NCBI GenBank assembly: GCA_051362555.1
Contig: CM120647.1
Coordinates: 7,750,001 to 7,814,000, forward strand
DNA: 64,000 nucleotides
From: Lingula anatina
Lineage: Eukaryota; Animalia; Brachiopoda
Direction of reading: 5' to 3'
Shown one piece after another: positions 1 to 10,990 of the stretch. Every line of letters begins with the position of its first letter. Position 1 is the first letter of the stretch. A model generated the notes under the pieces. That model was not told the DNA's origin. It did not search any database and saw nothing but the letters and a program-made list of their open reading frames with translations. The position numbers and the translations under genes are program-made.

Positions 1-25
1 GATAATGAACGAGGTCAATTATTAA

Positions 26-337
26 ACTTGCAAAGTGAAACTAGGTCAAGTATGATTGAAGATCAAATCTTTGTACGTTTCTTTGTGCACGTGTGTTTTA
101 ATCAAAAGTATATTTTACTACACCTTATTAAATATGTATAAAGAAGGGACAGTATTCAACTACAATTACAGTAAAACGGTCAAATGTGACAATTGATTGG
201 ATTCTAGGCGTTTCCATTTTGAAAGACAAGTTCATGTCATGGCCGATAATTTTGCTCATAAGTACCTCATATCAGATGGAAATTGTATTGTTTATACCTT
301 GTTGAGTGGATTTAATCACCTTGAGTCAATTATTAAC
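26..337. repeat. ~310-bp diverged segmental duplicate, copy 1 (probable paralogous promoter region)
   Basis: Colinear with 1371-1697 (aaagtgaaactaggtca, tttctttgtgcacgtgt, ttttgaaagacaagttcatgt, gtattgtttatacctt, agtcaattattaa). Confidence 0.85.
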
Positions 338-656
338 TGCATTTTATTACCTTAATGACCCTAGTGAGTGTCTTCCAAGATTCCCTCTTGTTGCAATATT
401 AAATTCATCTCTTTTTGCGCTTTAACATTTTTTGCAAATGCATTATACACTACTTCTACCAATATGTCTTGACTTGGTGCATGCCACTCATTTCTACACC
501 ATGATTAAAAATAGGCACAAGCATCTTATAAAACAGTGTGAGACACACATGAACGACAATTTCACCAAATTTAAACATGTGATTTTTTAACATCAGCAGT
601 GTTTTTATGGTTTGATCTACCAAATATTTTTACTGTTGTATCCAAGTGTCCTTTAG

Positions 657-890
657 AGACCATTCCCACAGATATAGATCGATCTATTCCCCTGGGGGAG
701 TCTCAGTTGTCCCATTAGATTGCTGTCAGCTTAATCGGCTTAAATGTCTGTCCCGCCTACTAAAAGCTGTAAGGGGGTAATTAACTTGTGCGCGCGCTCG
801 GCTCCCAGAAGCTGACAGCAATTTAGCGGGAACCCCCAGGGAGTTAGGTCGATCCAGATATATCGAACTAGATCTGTGGGAAACCAGTCT
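657..890. mobile_element. Harbinger-like MITE
   Basis: Imperfect TIRs AGACCATTCCCACAGAT / ATCTGTGGGAAACCAGTCT flanked by a 3-bp TAG duplication; related copies at 38374-38582 (inverted) and 4825-5071. Confidence 0.7.
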
Positions 891-1086
891 TAGTGTCAGT
901 GTTACTCCCAGATACGATATTTGTATTGATATTAAATAACAAATCTCTTACCTGCATGTGGATATTTGCATTATCTTAACCGCTGCCGAACACGATAGTT
1001 TTGTCTTTTTGTCTTATTTACACCCAAATGAACACCCAAATAAGGCAGAAAGATGAACAAACTTTTGTATAAGCTCATTTTTATCA

Positions 1087-1120
<34 letters not shown>

Positions 1121-1370
1121 TACTGCAAAATGATTATGTACATGTACCTTTGAGGAGGTGGATTTAACGGTTCAAATCTTGCAATTCCAGGCATTTCAGC
1201 TACTTTCCCTAGTCCTGTTTGGGAAACGAAATGTGATAGTCAGAGAAAAAACACAAAGGTCTAGCCAAAATCCTAGGTCGTTCTTAATCCAGGAGCGACA
1301 CACACTGTTCTAGTTTGTCAAAGAGACGCCTTTTGTTCCCATTCGACCGAAGATAAGGAACGAGTACGTC

Positions 1371-1697
1371 AAACTTTCAAAGTGAAACTAGGTCAAATAT
1401 AATTGACGATGAAACCTAGTAAATTTCTTTGTGCACGTGTGACATGATGAAAGTATATCTTTTACTACATCTTGTTATATATGTACAAAGAAAGGGCAGT
1501 ATCCAAATACAATTATAGTAAAACGGTCTGTTGTGGCAATTGATTGGATTCAACGTGTAGACGTCTCAATTTTGAAAGACAAGTTCATGTTAGGGCCGAT
1601 AATTTTGCTAATAAGTAAGCCCTATCTCATGTCAGAACGCAATCGTATTGTTTATACCTTTTTGGGGTGGCTTTAATCAACTTTAGTCAATTATTAA
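1371..1697. repeat. ~330-bp diverged segmental duplicate, copy 2
   Basis: Colinear with 26-337; carries the same AAAGTGAAACTAGGTCA motif at 1379-1395. Confidence 0.85.
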
Positions 1698-2135
1698 ATG
1701 AATCCTAAGACAATATGTGTGTGTGGGGGGGGGGGTATATTTCTTGAATAGAGGCTATTCACCTGGATTCCCTGATAAAGATGTCTTATCGAAATATTGG
1801 AGGTAAAATCTCAATATTAGCTTTGACTGAAGAAAAATTACATAACATATATAACACAGCTGATGAAATTCTTCTCTAATCATTAGTTTCCATAAAATAA
1901 ATAGATTTTGCTAAATCTGCCAAATACTTGTTACTTTTTTTTTTTTTTTTTTTTTTGTCAAAGTGGATTTGATGTTACCCCCAGGTATATAAGATGTGAT
2001 ATCGATGTCCTTGCCTGCATATTACCACTTTTCATATTTTCTTAAATAATTATCTTTATACTGAACATATTTTTGGCATATTTACACCAACTACATGTAC
2101 ACATAGCAGCTGCATTTCAAGCACTCAGATGGCAA

Positions 2136-2315
2136 CCCTCAGCAAAATGAAAAGTTTGCAGCTGCCAGTTTGCAGGAGTTGCTGCTAATTCGCAGCTATA
2201 TGCAGCAAATGTGTCGCTACTTTGCAAGAAGAAATTGCAGTTTGCAGCAATATTGCAGCAAATTTGCTGCAGATTCACTGCGAATTTACAGCAGGCCTTA
2301 TTTTCTGTTAAAGGG
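2136..2315. mobile_element. Small non-autonomous DNA transposon, possibly CMC/EnSpm-like
   Basis: Termini CCCTCAGCAAAA / TTTTCTGTTAAAGGG with many internal TGCAGC/GCAAAT subterminal repeats in both orientations. Confidence 0.45.
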
Positions 2316-2678
2316 CAATCTTTTGTATTGGCTGATTACAGTGTGAGCCTCTCTCTCTCTCTCAGCGTGTTCCCTATTCTTTCCTCTTTTTTCTCTGCGC
2401 GTCTGTCTGTGTGTGCGCTTCATCCACACTGCATGCATATGCGTGTCTTTTCTAACACAATCCATTCTAGGCTCGTTAAAATATGTGGGTAAATATTCAA
2501 TCCCGTTGTACTGGATGACCTCATTGTCTTTTCTAACACAATCTTTTATCTTACTATTTATTGCCAGAAAAAACGATCATCATCAGCAAAATTGACGACT
2601 TACGCTTGGTAATTCTATGTTCAAAAGCGTGTGTTGTGGTAAATAGAGCAATAAAAATTACATGTAGCGCCCCAAACG

Positions 2679-2720
<42 letters not shown>

Positions 2721-3018
2721 ATAATATAAAGGTAAGCATTTCTCATAACAAGAAAAGAAAAAATTATTTGTCAAATACAGGCCTTAATAAAGTATCGAGC
2801 CCCTAAGTACTGCTTCCTTTACGTAACAAGCAAACAATTATTACTGATCTGTAAAGCAATAATTTTTATAGATAATTTCAGGTGTATTCTGAATTCAAGC
2901 AGTTAAATCAAGAATATTCCAGGCTTTCACTGTACACATGTACTTTGCATTTTCTCAAAATAAGATCTGTGAAATGCGCTGTTAATATTGCGTACCCATT
3001 TCTGCAAACGGCGGAACA

Positions 3019-5465
3019 TCAGATCATGGTCACGTGACCTAACACTCCGAGCAGGACCACCAACACGGGGTATCCGATTGGATTCTTAAACACAGCGCCA
3101 CCTGATGATATATCAATTGCAATACTAGTACAGTCGTTGACGTCATCACACTGGTAATACGTCACGTTTTTGCCACTTGAACGGATCTCCCAAAAATTAA
3201 ACTCGTCGCTGACAGACCGTGTCTTGTTCGCCGTGGCCATATTGGCGCACAGCGACCTTTCAAGTTGCAAGTCGGGGTCATGAAACGCGCGGTTTGTTCC
3301 ACAGAAGATGCGTTTCTCGCTGTCGTCTTCCTCGGGTCTTGGAATCCACGAGCTGACGTTCTGGTCTTCGGGAATTCGCTCGAAGTACACCGCCATCTCT
3401 TGTTGGTAAGGGTACGTCTCACAGCCGCCCGAGCTGTTCTTCAATACATAAACGTGGTTGTAAAAAATGGCGGACGTTGGGCGACGATATTGAAGAAAAA
3501 AGGCAACGTTGCAATTTTCTTGGACTGTATCATTATCCCAGGTAATGTTCGTTGACAGAGGTGAACCTGAGCTAATATTGGTTTGGTTGTCGAATAATGG
3601 ATTTGACGTCGTGGTTGAAAGGTTTCCCGGCGCAGGACCGCCGAGGGAAGTTTTGTTGAAATTGAAGACCATTGGAGTCTGAGAATTGGTGCTGAAGCTT
3701 CCGTTGAAATGAAGAAAGTGACATGGGAATCTAATCATCCGACCCGCATCTCCGTCAAAAAAGACAGGGACAGCAAAAGCTAGCAAAAACAAACGAGAAA
3801 GCGTCGTTACTTCTCGACTAGTTCCGTTTATTTCCGACACACTGCTCTGCAGGCTGGCGAATATTGTGACGTCCGTCGAGTTTTCATTGGCGGCTAATTT
3901 CACTAGGCTTTTAAGCACCGGAGGTGCGTTTTCTGGTCGCAATTTCTGTATTGTTACTCCAAAAGATCGAAACAAATCCACCACGTCTTGAGTCTGGAAC
4001 ATGGCCACAAGGAAAAAGAAGTCGAAGACGACGGATGCTGGAGCTGTCAAAATAATGAGAATGTTTAAAGCAAAATGGCAACGTTTGCGATGATCGCTGC
4101 ATCCGTCTCTTACGTAACGTTTGTAGCACCAAATGACAGCCATTGCAAATTCAATGGCCATTATGCATAAAGAGGATATCACGCTTAGTACACGTGACAA
4201 AAATGTGAGCTTTCCCGTAAGTCTTTGGGTGAACGCACATGATTCTGTATTCGCTATACTCCATGTTAAAATTGCAAGGGGTAAATCCTCTAGCAACTGC
4301 TCCAAAAAAACAAGAATGCGAAGAGCGAGCTCTATATTCTTCCCATCGGACTTCCCATCGGACTCGGAGACTTCTTTCCGCCTTATATGGGTCACCTTTG
4401 TTTTAAGTTTTACGATGGACAACGGAATAACAACAATGACCATTAACGTTCCGCAAACACAAAAGACGAAGTACCAATTGCGCAAAGCACTGTTTTCCCC
4501 TTCTCCGTCTATATATGTTACATCAATTCTTGATATTTCTGAATACGCTATCCAGTCCATGACGGCGTCAATGATTGCAAGTACCATGAGGACGAACGTC
4601 TTGAACAAAAGAAAATATGGTTTGTATATCTTCCAGTATTTCTTTAAGCACTGACAGCACCTGGAGCTGAAATGAAGTGGGAAGAAGGAGAAAGTTTATA
4701 TATATTATATAAAAAGTATATAATATAAAGAATATATTTATATATACATGGGAATGATTATCAAATTGCATGCATATGACATAGAAAATTAATAAAATAT
4801 ATGTGAAATTTTACACATAGTTAAAGAATGGGTTCCCATGAATCTATCGTACAAGCAGAATCGATCTAACCCCGAGGGGGATTCTGACTACATTGCATTC
4901 AGTTTAAAGCATACAGTTTAAGGCGACTTTAATGTACTGTATATAACGCCAGATTAAGCTGCTAGGGGTACAATTAACTTTCGTTTACGCTTAAACTAAA
5001 TTCAATTATGTGAGAAACCCCTAGGAGATCGATCGATCTTGCTTGTACGGTAGGGTTACGGGAACTGTCCCTAAGCTTATCCACTGTCCTTTAGACGCTG
5101 TCCTGGTTCACTTGTCACCTTTAATTTTCTTGCCATATACCCCTGTTTACAACACAGGTGGGAGGGGGTTAAATTTACTGTATATGATAATAAAAATGTC
5201 TCGGTTCCCTCTCAAGGTTATTTAGTCAAGATCGTGTATCGATAGTGACTTACTATGGCGTCACTCGGACGCCTTTTTTTTGGGGGGTGGGGGGTGGGGG
5301 GGGGAGGGGTACTTCCACTGTGATAGATCCGATGGCAGACAAACAGATTATAAATAATGTCTATGATCCTCATTACTTTTGCTTAATTTACTGTAAGTAA
5401 ACCTACACTCAGGAAAAGAAACGGCAGGTAAGAACTTCACGATAGGGGCATTACCTGTAAACCAT
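3019..5465 (-). CDS. Uncharacterised multi-pass membrane protein (about 5 N-terminal TM helices with XK-like D..DW..Y and ED.P motifs, N-glycosylated ectodomain, hydrophobic GPI-like C-terminus)
   Basis: Open frame 4666-3019. An upstream coding exon ends at 5455 (ATG GTT TAC AG|gtaa, phase 2) and joins in phase to acceptor tttcag|4666 (or the tandem acceptor at 4660). This gives ~552 aa from ATG 5465, or ~624 aa from ATG 5681. More than 10 NxS/T sequons follow TM5. Confidence 0.8.
4825..5071. mobile_element. Harbinger-like MITE in intron
   Basis: Inverted arms TTCCC..CGTACAAGCA.(A)ATCGATC / GATCGATCTTGCTTGTACG..GGGAA, TAA on both flanks; interior resembles 657-890. Confidence 0.6.
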
Positions 5466-5732
5466 TCCTGTCACACCTGTACAAAGTAATGTCCCTATTT
5501 CAAACAGACTTGAATCGTAATCAGTGAAGTTCTTAACAGATTCGTATATATTCGTAGTCAGTTCTTGCAATTCTTGATCAATCACGAACTGATTACGATT
5601 CAACCAGGAATCCTGATATTTGTCAACTCCTGACGATTCGTGGGATTCGTGGTCTGTGTGAAATAGCGGCATAACGGACATAACGGGGACAGGACTACGG
5701 CCCCCAGCGGACTACCATTCCTGTCACACCTG
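5461..5732. repeat. 19-bp direct repeat (ACCATTCCTGTCACACCTG) flanking a 234-bp insert
   Basis: Exact copies at 5461-5479 and 5714-5732. Confidence 0.85.
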
Positions 5733-5946
5733 GGCTAGGAATCTCGAAAGGTTCGCTATGTTGCGCACGCGCTATATAGCATAGCTAGCGTGTGCTATTT
5801 GCTAGTGCGATTGCACCCACCTGCTATCTCGAAGCCTTAGCAAACGCAACGCAATAAATGCCTGTCCGGAAGTACAATTTTAGTCTCAAACACACGCCTA
5901 GCGGTTCTTTTTTTGTTTGGAGGGACGATAGTAAATCGCACGTGAA

Positions 5947-7212
5947 ATGGAGAAACACAGCAGGGAGCGTTATAAAACCGATGAGCTCGCGGCTGTATTT
6001 AGCCCCTTCACCAACACCGTGACTCTAAAGTCCAAAGAAAAACAATGGGCTGAAGTAAGTTGAATAATTATGATTAACAGTCCTCTTCTGTTAATCGTAG
6101 TCTGTTTTGCCATGGTAAAATTATATCCATTATATTTAATTATTGCTTATTGATGATTTAGTTTGGTATGTTGTTGTAGTTATTCAATAAAAGTAATTGT
6201 AATTGCTCTCTATTAACACATCTTGACATGGTCATGTACATGTATGATGAAGCAATAAAGTGGTGATTCTTATATTTTTTATTAAAATTATGAATGCTTT
6301 CCTTCTAGTGTTAACAGCGTTTCACATATAAAGAGGAGTTTCCGAGAGGTCAGGAAAAAATGGCATGACCTCACGTCTCGCACTAAGCGCAAAGAGGCCA
6401 AACGCTGTGCAGCAATGCGGCAGACAGGTGGTGGTGTGGGGCCCTGTCCACTGTCAGAGTGGGAGAAGAAGGTGTTATTGTGTTATTATTAAAAATAAAT
6501 TTGTATATTAAATTGTTTCGTTTTATATTTAATTGCTTAAAGAACCTCAAGATGATATTAAGTAGAGTAATTAACTTAGACTCTGTGAATATGAATACTT
6601 CAACACTGAGTTTCTCAGACATACCCTATTGGAATATCCAATCACCAGGAGGCATATTTTATACATACATATATCTCTATATATGTATACTGATTTCTAT
6701 ACCTATTAACATATTTTATACATACATATATCTCTATATATGTATACTGATTTCTATACCTATTAACAAATGAAACTTTATAGGTAATTTCAAACATATA
6801 GCTTATGAAAGCGTTCAACATTGTCGGATAGTCGGCTTTTCATTTTTGTTGCTGCAACTCAACAGGAATATGTTCATTTATGAAAATTTATCACAGTGAC
6901 TTAAAAGTACAGTATCTGTAAAATTCAGAATATTGAAAAGATTGAGTTCTTATTATATCATTTTTATATTTAATTATTAATTACATACATCTTCAAATTT
7001 CAGATGTAAGTGAAAGGCTTTACAACGTAGAGAAGGATCGCTTAGCATTAGAGGAGGAGAGGTTGAAAGTAGTAAAAGAGCGTTTACAGTTAGAAAGGGA
7101 GAGATAAGAAATTGACAAAAGTAACAAAGTGTTATTTGAAAAAATAACAGAATACTGTAAAGTGAAGTTGGATGTACTAAAGTGTGAGTCTCTTGTAGAT
7201 ACTTACCAGTGA
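5947..7212 (+). pseudogene. Harbinger Myb/SANT-like DNA-binding protein, degenerate
   Basis: Exon remnants MEKHSRERYKTDELAAVFSPFTNTVTLKSKEKQWAE (5947-6054), VNSVSHIKRSFREVRKKWHDLTSRTKRKEAKR (from 6309) and coiled coil ERLYNVEKDRLALEEERLKVVKERLQLERER* (from 7004); premature stop and a splice-phase mismatch. Confidence 0.8.
6653..6766. repeat. 57-bp tandem duplication
   Basis: catattttatacatacatatatctctatatatgtatactgatttctatacctattaa present twice. Confidence 0.9.
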
Positions 7213-8654
7213 GTGCATCTTATTGGAATCATGATATTTTATGTTTTTGCCAAGACACATACTAACTGTATGTTATTGTGCATCACTGTACTGGCCATTA
7301 GTTGCATCTGTTGTTGCAGTCATCATCTCTGTACTGTGAACTTTCACAGATAACATGTTAAATAAAAAAAATACATCTTCTGTCTTAAAGGCAACAGAAG
7401 TGATGATTATCCATAAAATACAGGTCAAATTTAAATATCACCTGGATTGGACCATATTACTGTATGCAATTCAAATGACATATTGCAAGGAAAATGTCAA
7501 ACTTTCATAAGGAGAGTTCCAAATTATTAAAATATTTTGTTTCAAAACCATCCAGATCAAATTAATTTTGGTAAATTATTATTTTTATTTATTAATTTTC
7601 TTTGTCTGTGAATGTGTGAAATATTAATTTTTCACATATTAGCATTTTCAAGGTGAGACACAACTTGAAGACCTTTTTTACTCACATTGTCTGGATATCC
7701 ATAATACTTATATTATTTTAATTTTGTAGTGAATATGCTGTTGAGTATTATGTTATATTGCTTCAAAATTGGTAAAATCCCTATTGTGGACCCTGCCACC
7801 ACAAATGTAATGAAAAATTAAACTTTGTTACTTATTTTTTTACGTACAAGAATGATTATAAGGATATACATACAGCTGATATTGAAAATGCCAACTTGAC
7901 TGTATTAATCATTTTTTCCTTTCATTTATGCAATTTCTTTTTGATAATTTTTCAGTATTTTTCATTCAGTAATTTTCAATATGTGAATCAGTTTGATCAT
8001 TCAGTACTGTATTTTAAACTAATTAATTTTATGACCTCAGCAAAGAACTGGAATTTGTTACAAATCTTTTATAAGGGATAGTTTTCATTTGCTTTTGTCC
8101 TTGAAAAGGACTTTATTTTTATATTGTACTTATTAACTTTAATTTAGACAAGAATATACATATAGTAAATTGTTTATAAAATTATTTTTATATTTTATTT
8201 TATATTTTCATCATGTTATTGTTTCATAAAATTAAAAAATTTATGTAAAATATAACTTGACCGTCTGTTTTGTTTCTTACATAAACTTAAAATTGATTTT
8301 ATTTTGCCCTATTTGCATTGAAAGTGTACTTCAAAAGAAATTGACTTAAAGTATCAGTCTTTTTGATTCCTGGAATTTGTTATTAAATTTCCTGCATGAA
8401 CACTAGCTGTTATATTTAATCAAATTTGTACACCTTTGTCATTTTGTACACTTATTTTAAATTTCAGTTCTTAGTAATATATGCAAAATATATGCAAAAT
8501 ATAATAAAATATGACATTTAAAAGAGAAAATCAGTTTTCATTATTTTATTTAATGAAAAAATAATCCTTATTCATCCCACAATGATTCATAAATGATCCA
8601 ACTGAGAGTTAGAGAAAAATACCAGGAGAATATGGAAGTGTGTGTGAGACTCAG

Positions 8655-8724
8655 AGATCCTATGCAAGTACACGTAAAACAGCAAGAACTTGGGTAGTGG
8701 GTGACAGTACTCGAGACCTTGTAC
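8655..8724 (-). pseudogene. Harbinger (HARBI1-like) transposase, fragment downstream of the nested insertion
   Basis: Reads TRSRVLSPTTQVLAVLRVLA*, resembling the HARBI1-family RxxALSPxxQxLxALRFxAxGS motif; I could not see the DDE core further on. Confidence 0.75.
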
Positions 8725-9626
8725 ACATGTACATGTTAACCCATTACAGTGACGTCATATTTGCTCCGTAACACTAGTCCAGCAGCCATACTGGAGGGAA
8801 AGAACGACGGGGATTAGTAGCGTAAATATAGGTAAACCTAATAAAATAAACTAAACTTCATATTGCGATCAAGTACACCAAAAGGAAAAGTGTATATACA
8901 TGTGAAAACTACAGCTGATCAGCGTGATCGACCCATATAAACTCAGGACACATGGGCGTAACTAGGCATACGCACGGATGCACTGTGCGTACAATTTTTT
9001 GAGCCAATCATGATATTATTCTCTATAAATTTAGTGTATTTTTCACGAAAAATAATCGAAAATCCTCTTCGATTGCAAGTTAGAGTCACCTAAATGTACA
9101 AATCTTCTGTATGAATCGTATACGCACCATTGTTCTGACGCCCCCCGTCTCGTTTGCTTTCACAGAACTGAGGTAAATAAACAATACTAGCTACCTTCAG
9201 AAGTCCTATCTTAATCGTCCATCTAGCCGGAACTTCCTTTGCCTCTTAATTGGAGGTTTGAATGCCCTTCAACTCTCAGGTAGCCTTTGTCTTAAGTGTG
9301 TCAAATGCACACTCGCTGGCGAGATTTATCTCAGATAAAAATCTACCTGTGTTATTTTCAAAGAGCAGTTCCAGCAGACCTGGGGACACTAGATAAAATC
9401 TGGACAACGGGCTTTATAAGGAGCCAGAGAAACAAAAAAATATTTCCTGCAAAGCTCTAAAGAATTTTGACACGGACTTGACCCAGCTTAACCCTCTAAA
9501 CTAACAGGGTGATATGGGCAATTTTCACAAACAAACAGAGCTTTATCCTGTAATATAATTGTTTGATTTTGGATGATACCATATATAAGTTCAACTTTTA
9601 GAAGATTCATCATTAAGCTGACCATG

Positions 9627-10043
9627 CAGGACCGTAGCCTGAGCAAAATGCCAGGGGGGGGGGGCAGTAAGCGGACACGAGGGGGCGAAGCCCCCGAGGG
9701 GGGGGGGGCCTCCCACGGTGTGGAAAATTTTTAAAAACTGTATGTATAATACTGCATTCTGGTGCATTTTAAATGTTATTTATTGGTCAATCAGAAGTCA
9801 GAAATTGTGGGTTCATTTTGCCATAAGTACAGTCATTTTTTCCACACAACACGGAGGGTGAGCTTTTTGGCATAAACTGAGTTGGCTTAAAACAGTACAC
9901 CTTTGTAAACAGATTGTTGAATGATTGTCTAGTGGCCATTAGTGCCTTTTCTCACAGAATTGATACCAACTTTGCAATTATTTTTTTTACCTTTGCGATC
10001 ATTTTTTTGCACCCCAATTGCCCCCCCGGAGGCTACGGCCCTG
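9627..10043. mobile_element. hAT-like MITE with 5-bp TSD
   Basis: TIRs CAGGACCGTAGCCT / AGGCTACGGCCCTG; TSD CCATG on both sides. Confidence 0.85.
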
Positions 10044-10254
10044 CCATGGATAGCAAGAAGGTGTAAGAATCCTACAACGATCAACTGTTCTTAAGATTAT
10101 TTTCTGACAACTCGGGATAACCGCAACAAACCACATCGAACAAAGGTGCCTCACCGTTATTTAGAATTTAGCTTGATACAAGCGGGCATAATTTGCATAT
10201 GTTTTCAAAGTTTGTGTCAGTAAGCCCCTAGTTCAATAAATATACCATTCTAAG

Positions 10255-10368
10255 CAAGGCTTTTTTCAGCGAGCCCTCCAGCTGCCAATTGAACGGCCGC
10301 TGTCATCACTGGACGGCCTATGTTTTCAAATTTAGAAGGCTGGATGGCTTACGATTAAAAAAGTCTTG
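10255..10368. repeat. Short inverted-repeat element
   Basis: CAAGGCTTTTTTCAGCGAGCCCTCCAGC pairs with GCTGGATGGCTTACGATTAAAAAAGTCTTG; no clear TSD. Confidence 0.5.
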
Positions 10369-10677
10369 ACTTGTCGGGGCAGCTGTGGACGTCGAATGAA
10401 AATCCATTGCAGTAATTTGACGTATGAATATTATACTACTTTGTAGTGCACGCTGTTTTTCAGTCACGACGTAACTACTACCTAAAGCTTACAAAACACA
10501 ATAAAATGTTTCCATTGACTTTAAAATATATAATGCAGAAGTGACAAGAATGATCTACATTCGGTACAAAACACGTGTAGGCCCTAAATGAAATATGACC
10601 TAACTTGCCGCCAAATTATGAAAGGGGACACCTTTCGGATCTTTATACGTATGGCACCTGACAAAGCTAATACATAA

Positions 10678-10990
10678 CAAAGGCAATTTTTATATCTTCG
10701 ACGAGAGATTGTTCGCAATCCGAAAGAGACGAGAAGGCAATTTTCATATTTGTTCAAGAGACTTCGTTAACCGAGGATCGGGAACAAGAGATAGTTACCG
10801 ACCGCAGCGAGATGAGAAGCCAATTTTCGTATCTTCAGCAGGAGATCGAGCATGATCTGAGCGAAAAGAGAAAGCAATTTTCACATTCGTTCAATGGACT
10901 TCGTTCGCAGAAGATCGTCAGCCAGAGATCGTTCGCGATTCGAGCGAGACGAGAAGGCAATTTTTATATTCATACAAGGGCGTTCTTTCG
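10678..10990. repeat. Degenerate tandem repeat (GAGAAGGCAATTTT core, alternating ~52/~84-bp spacing)
   Basis: Cores near 10680, 10731, 10814, 10867 and 10951, giving a ~136-bp higher-order period. Confidence 0.7.

Noticed and set aside
4133-4654. 173-aa plus-strand ORF, and similar ORFs opposite the STAND, MCT and TRPV genes
   Set aside because: Antisense shadows of real coding exons.
10678-10990. Repeat-spacer appearance suggestive of CRISPR
   Set aside because: Cores are degenerate, the spacers resemble each other (~136-bp period), the array lies inside a transposon, and the context is eukaryotic with no cas genes.
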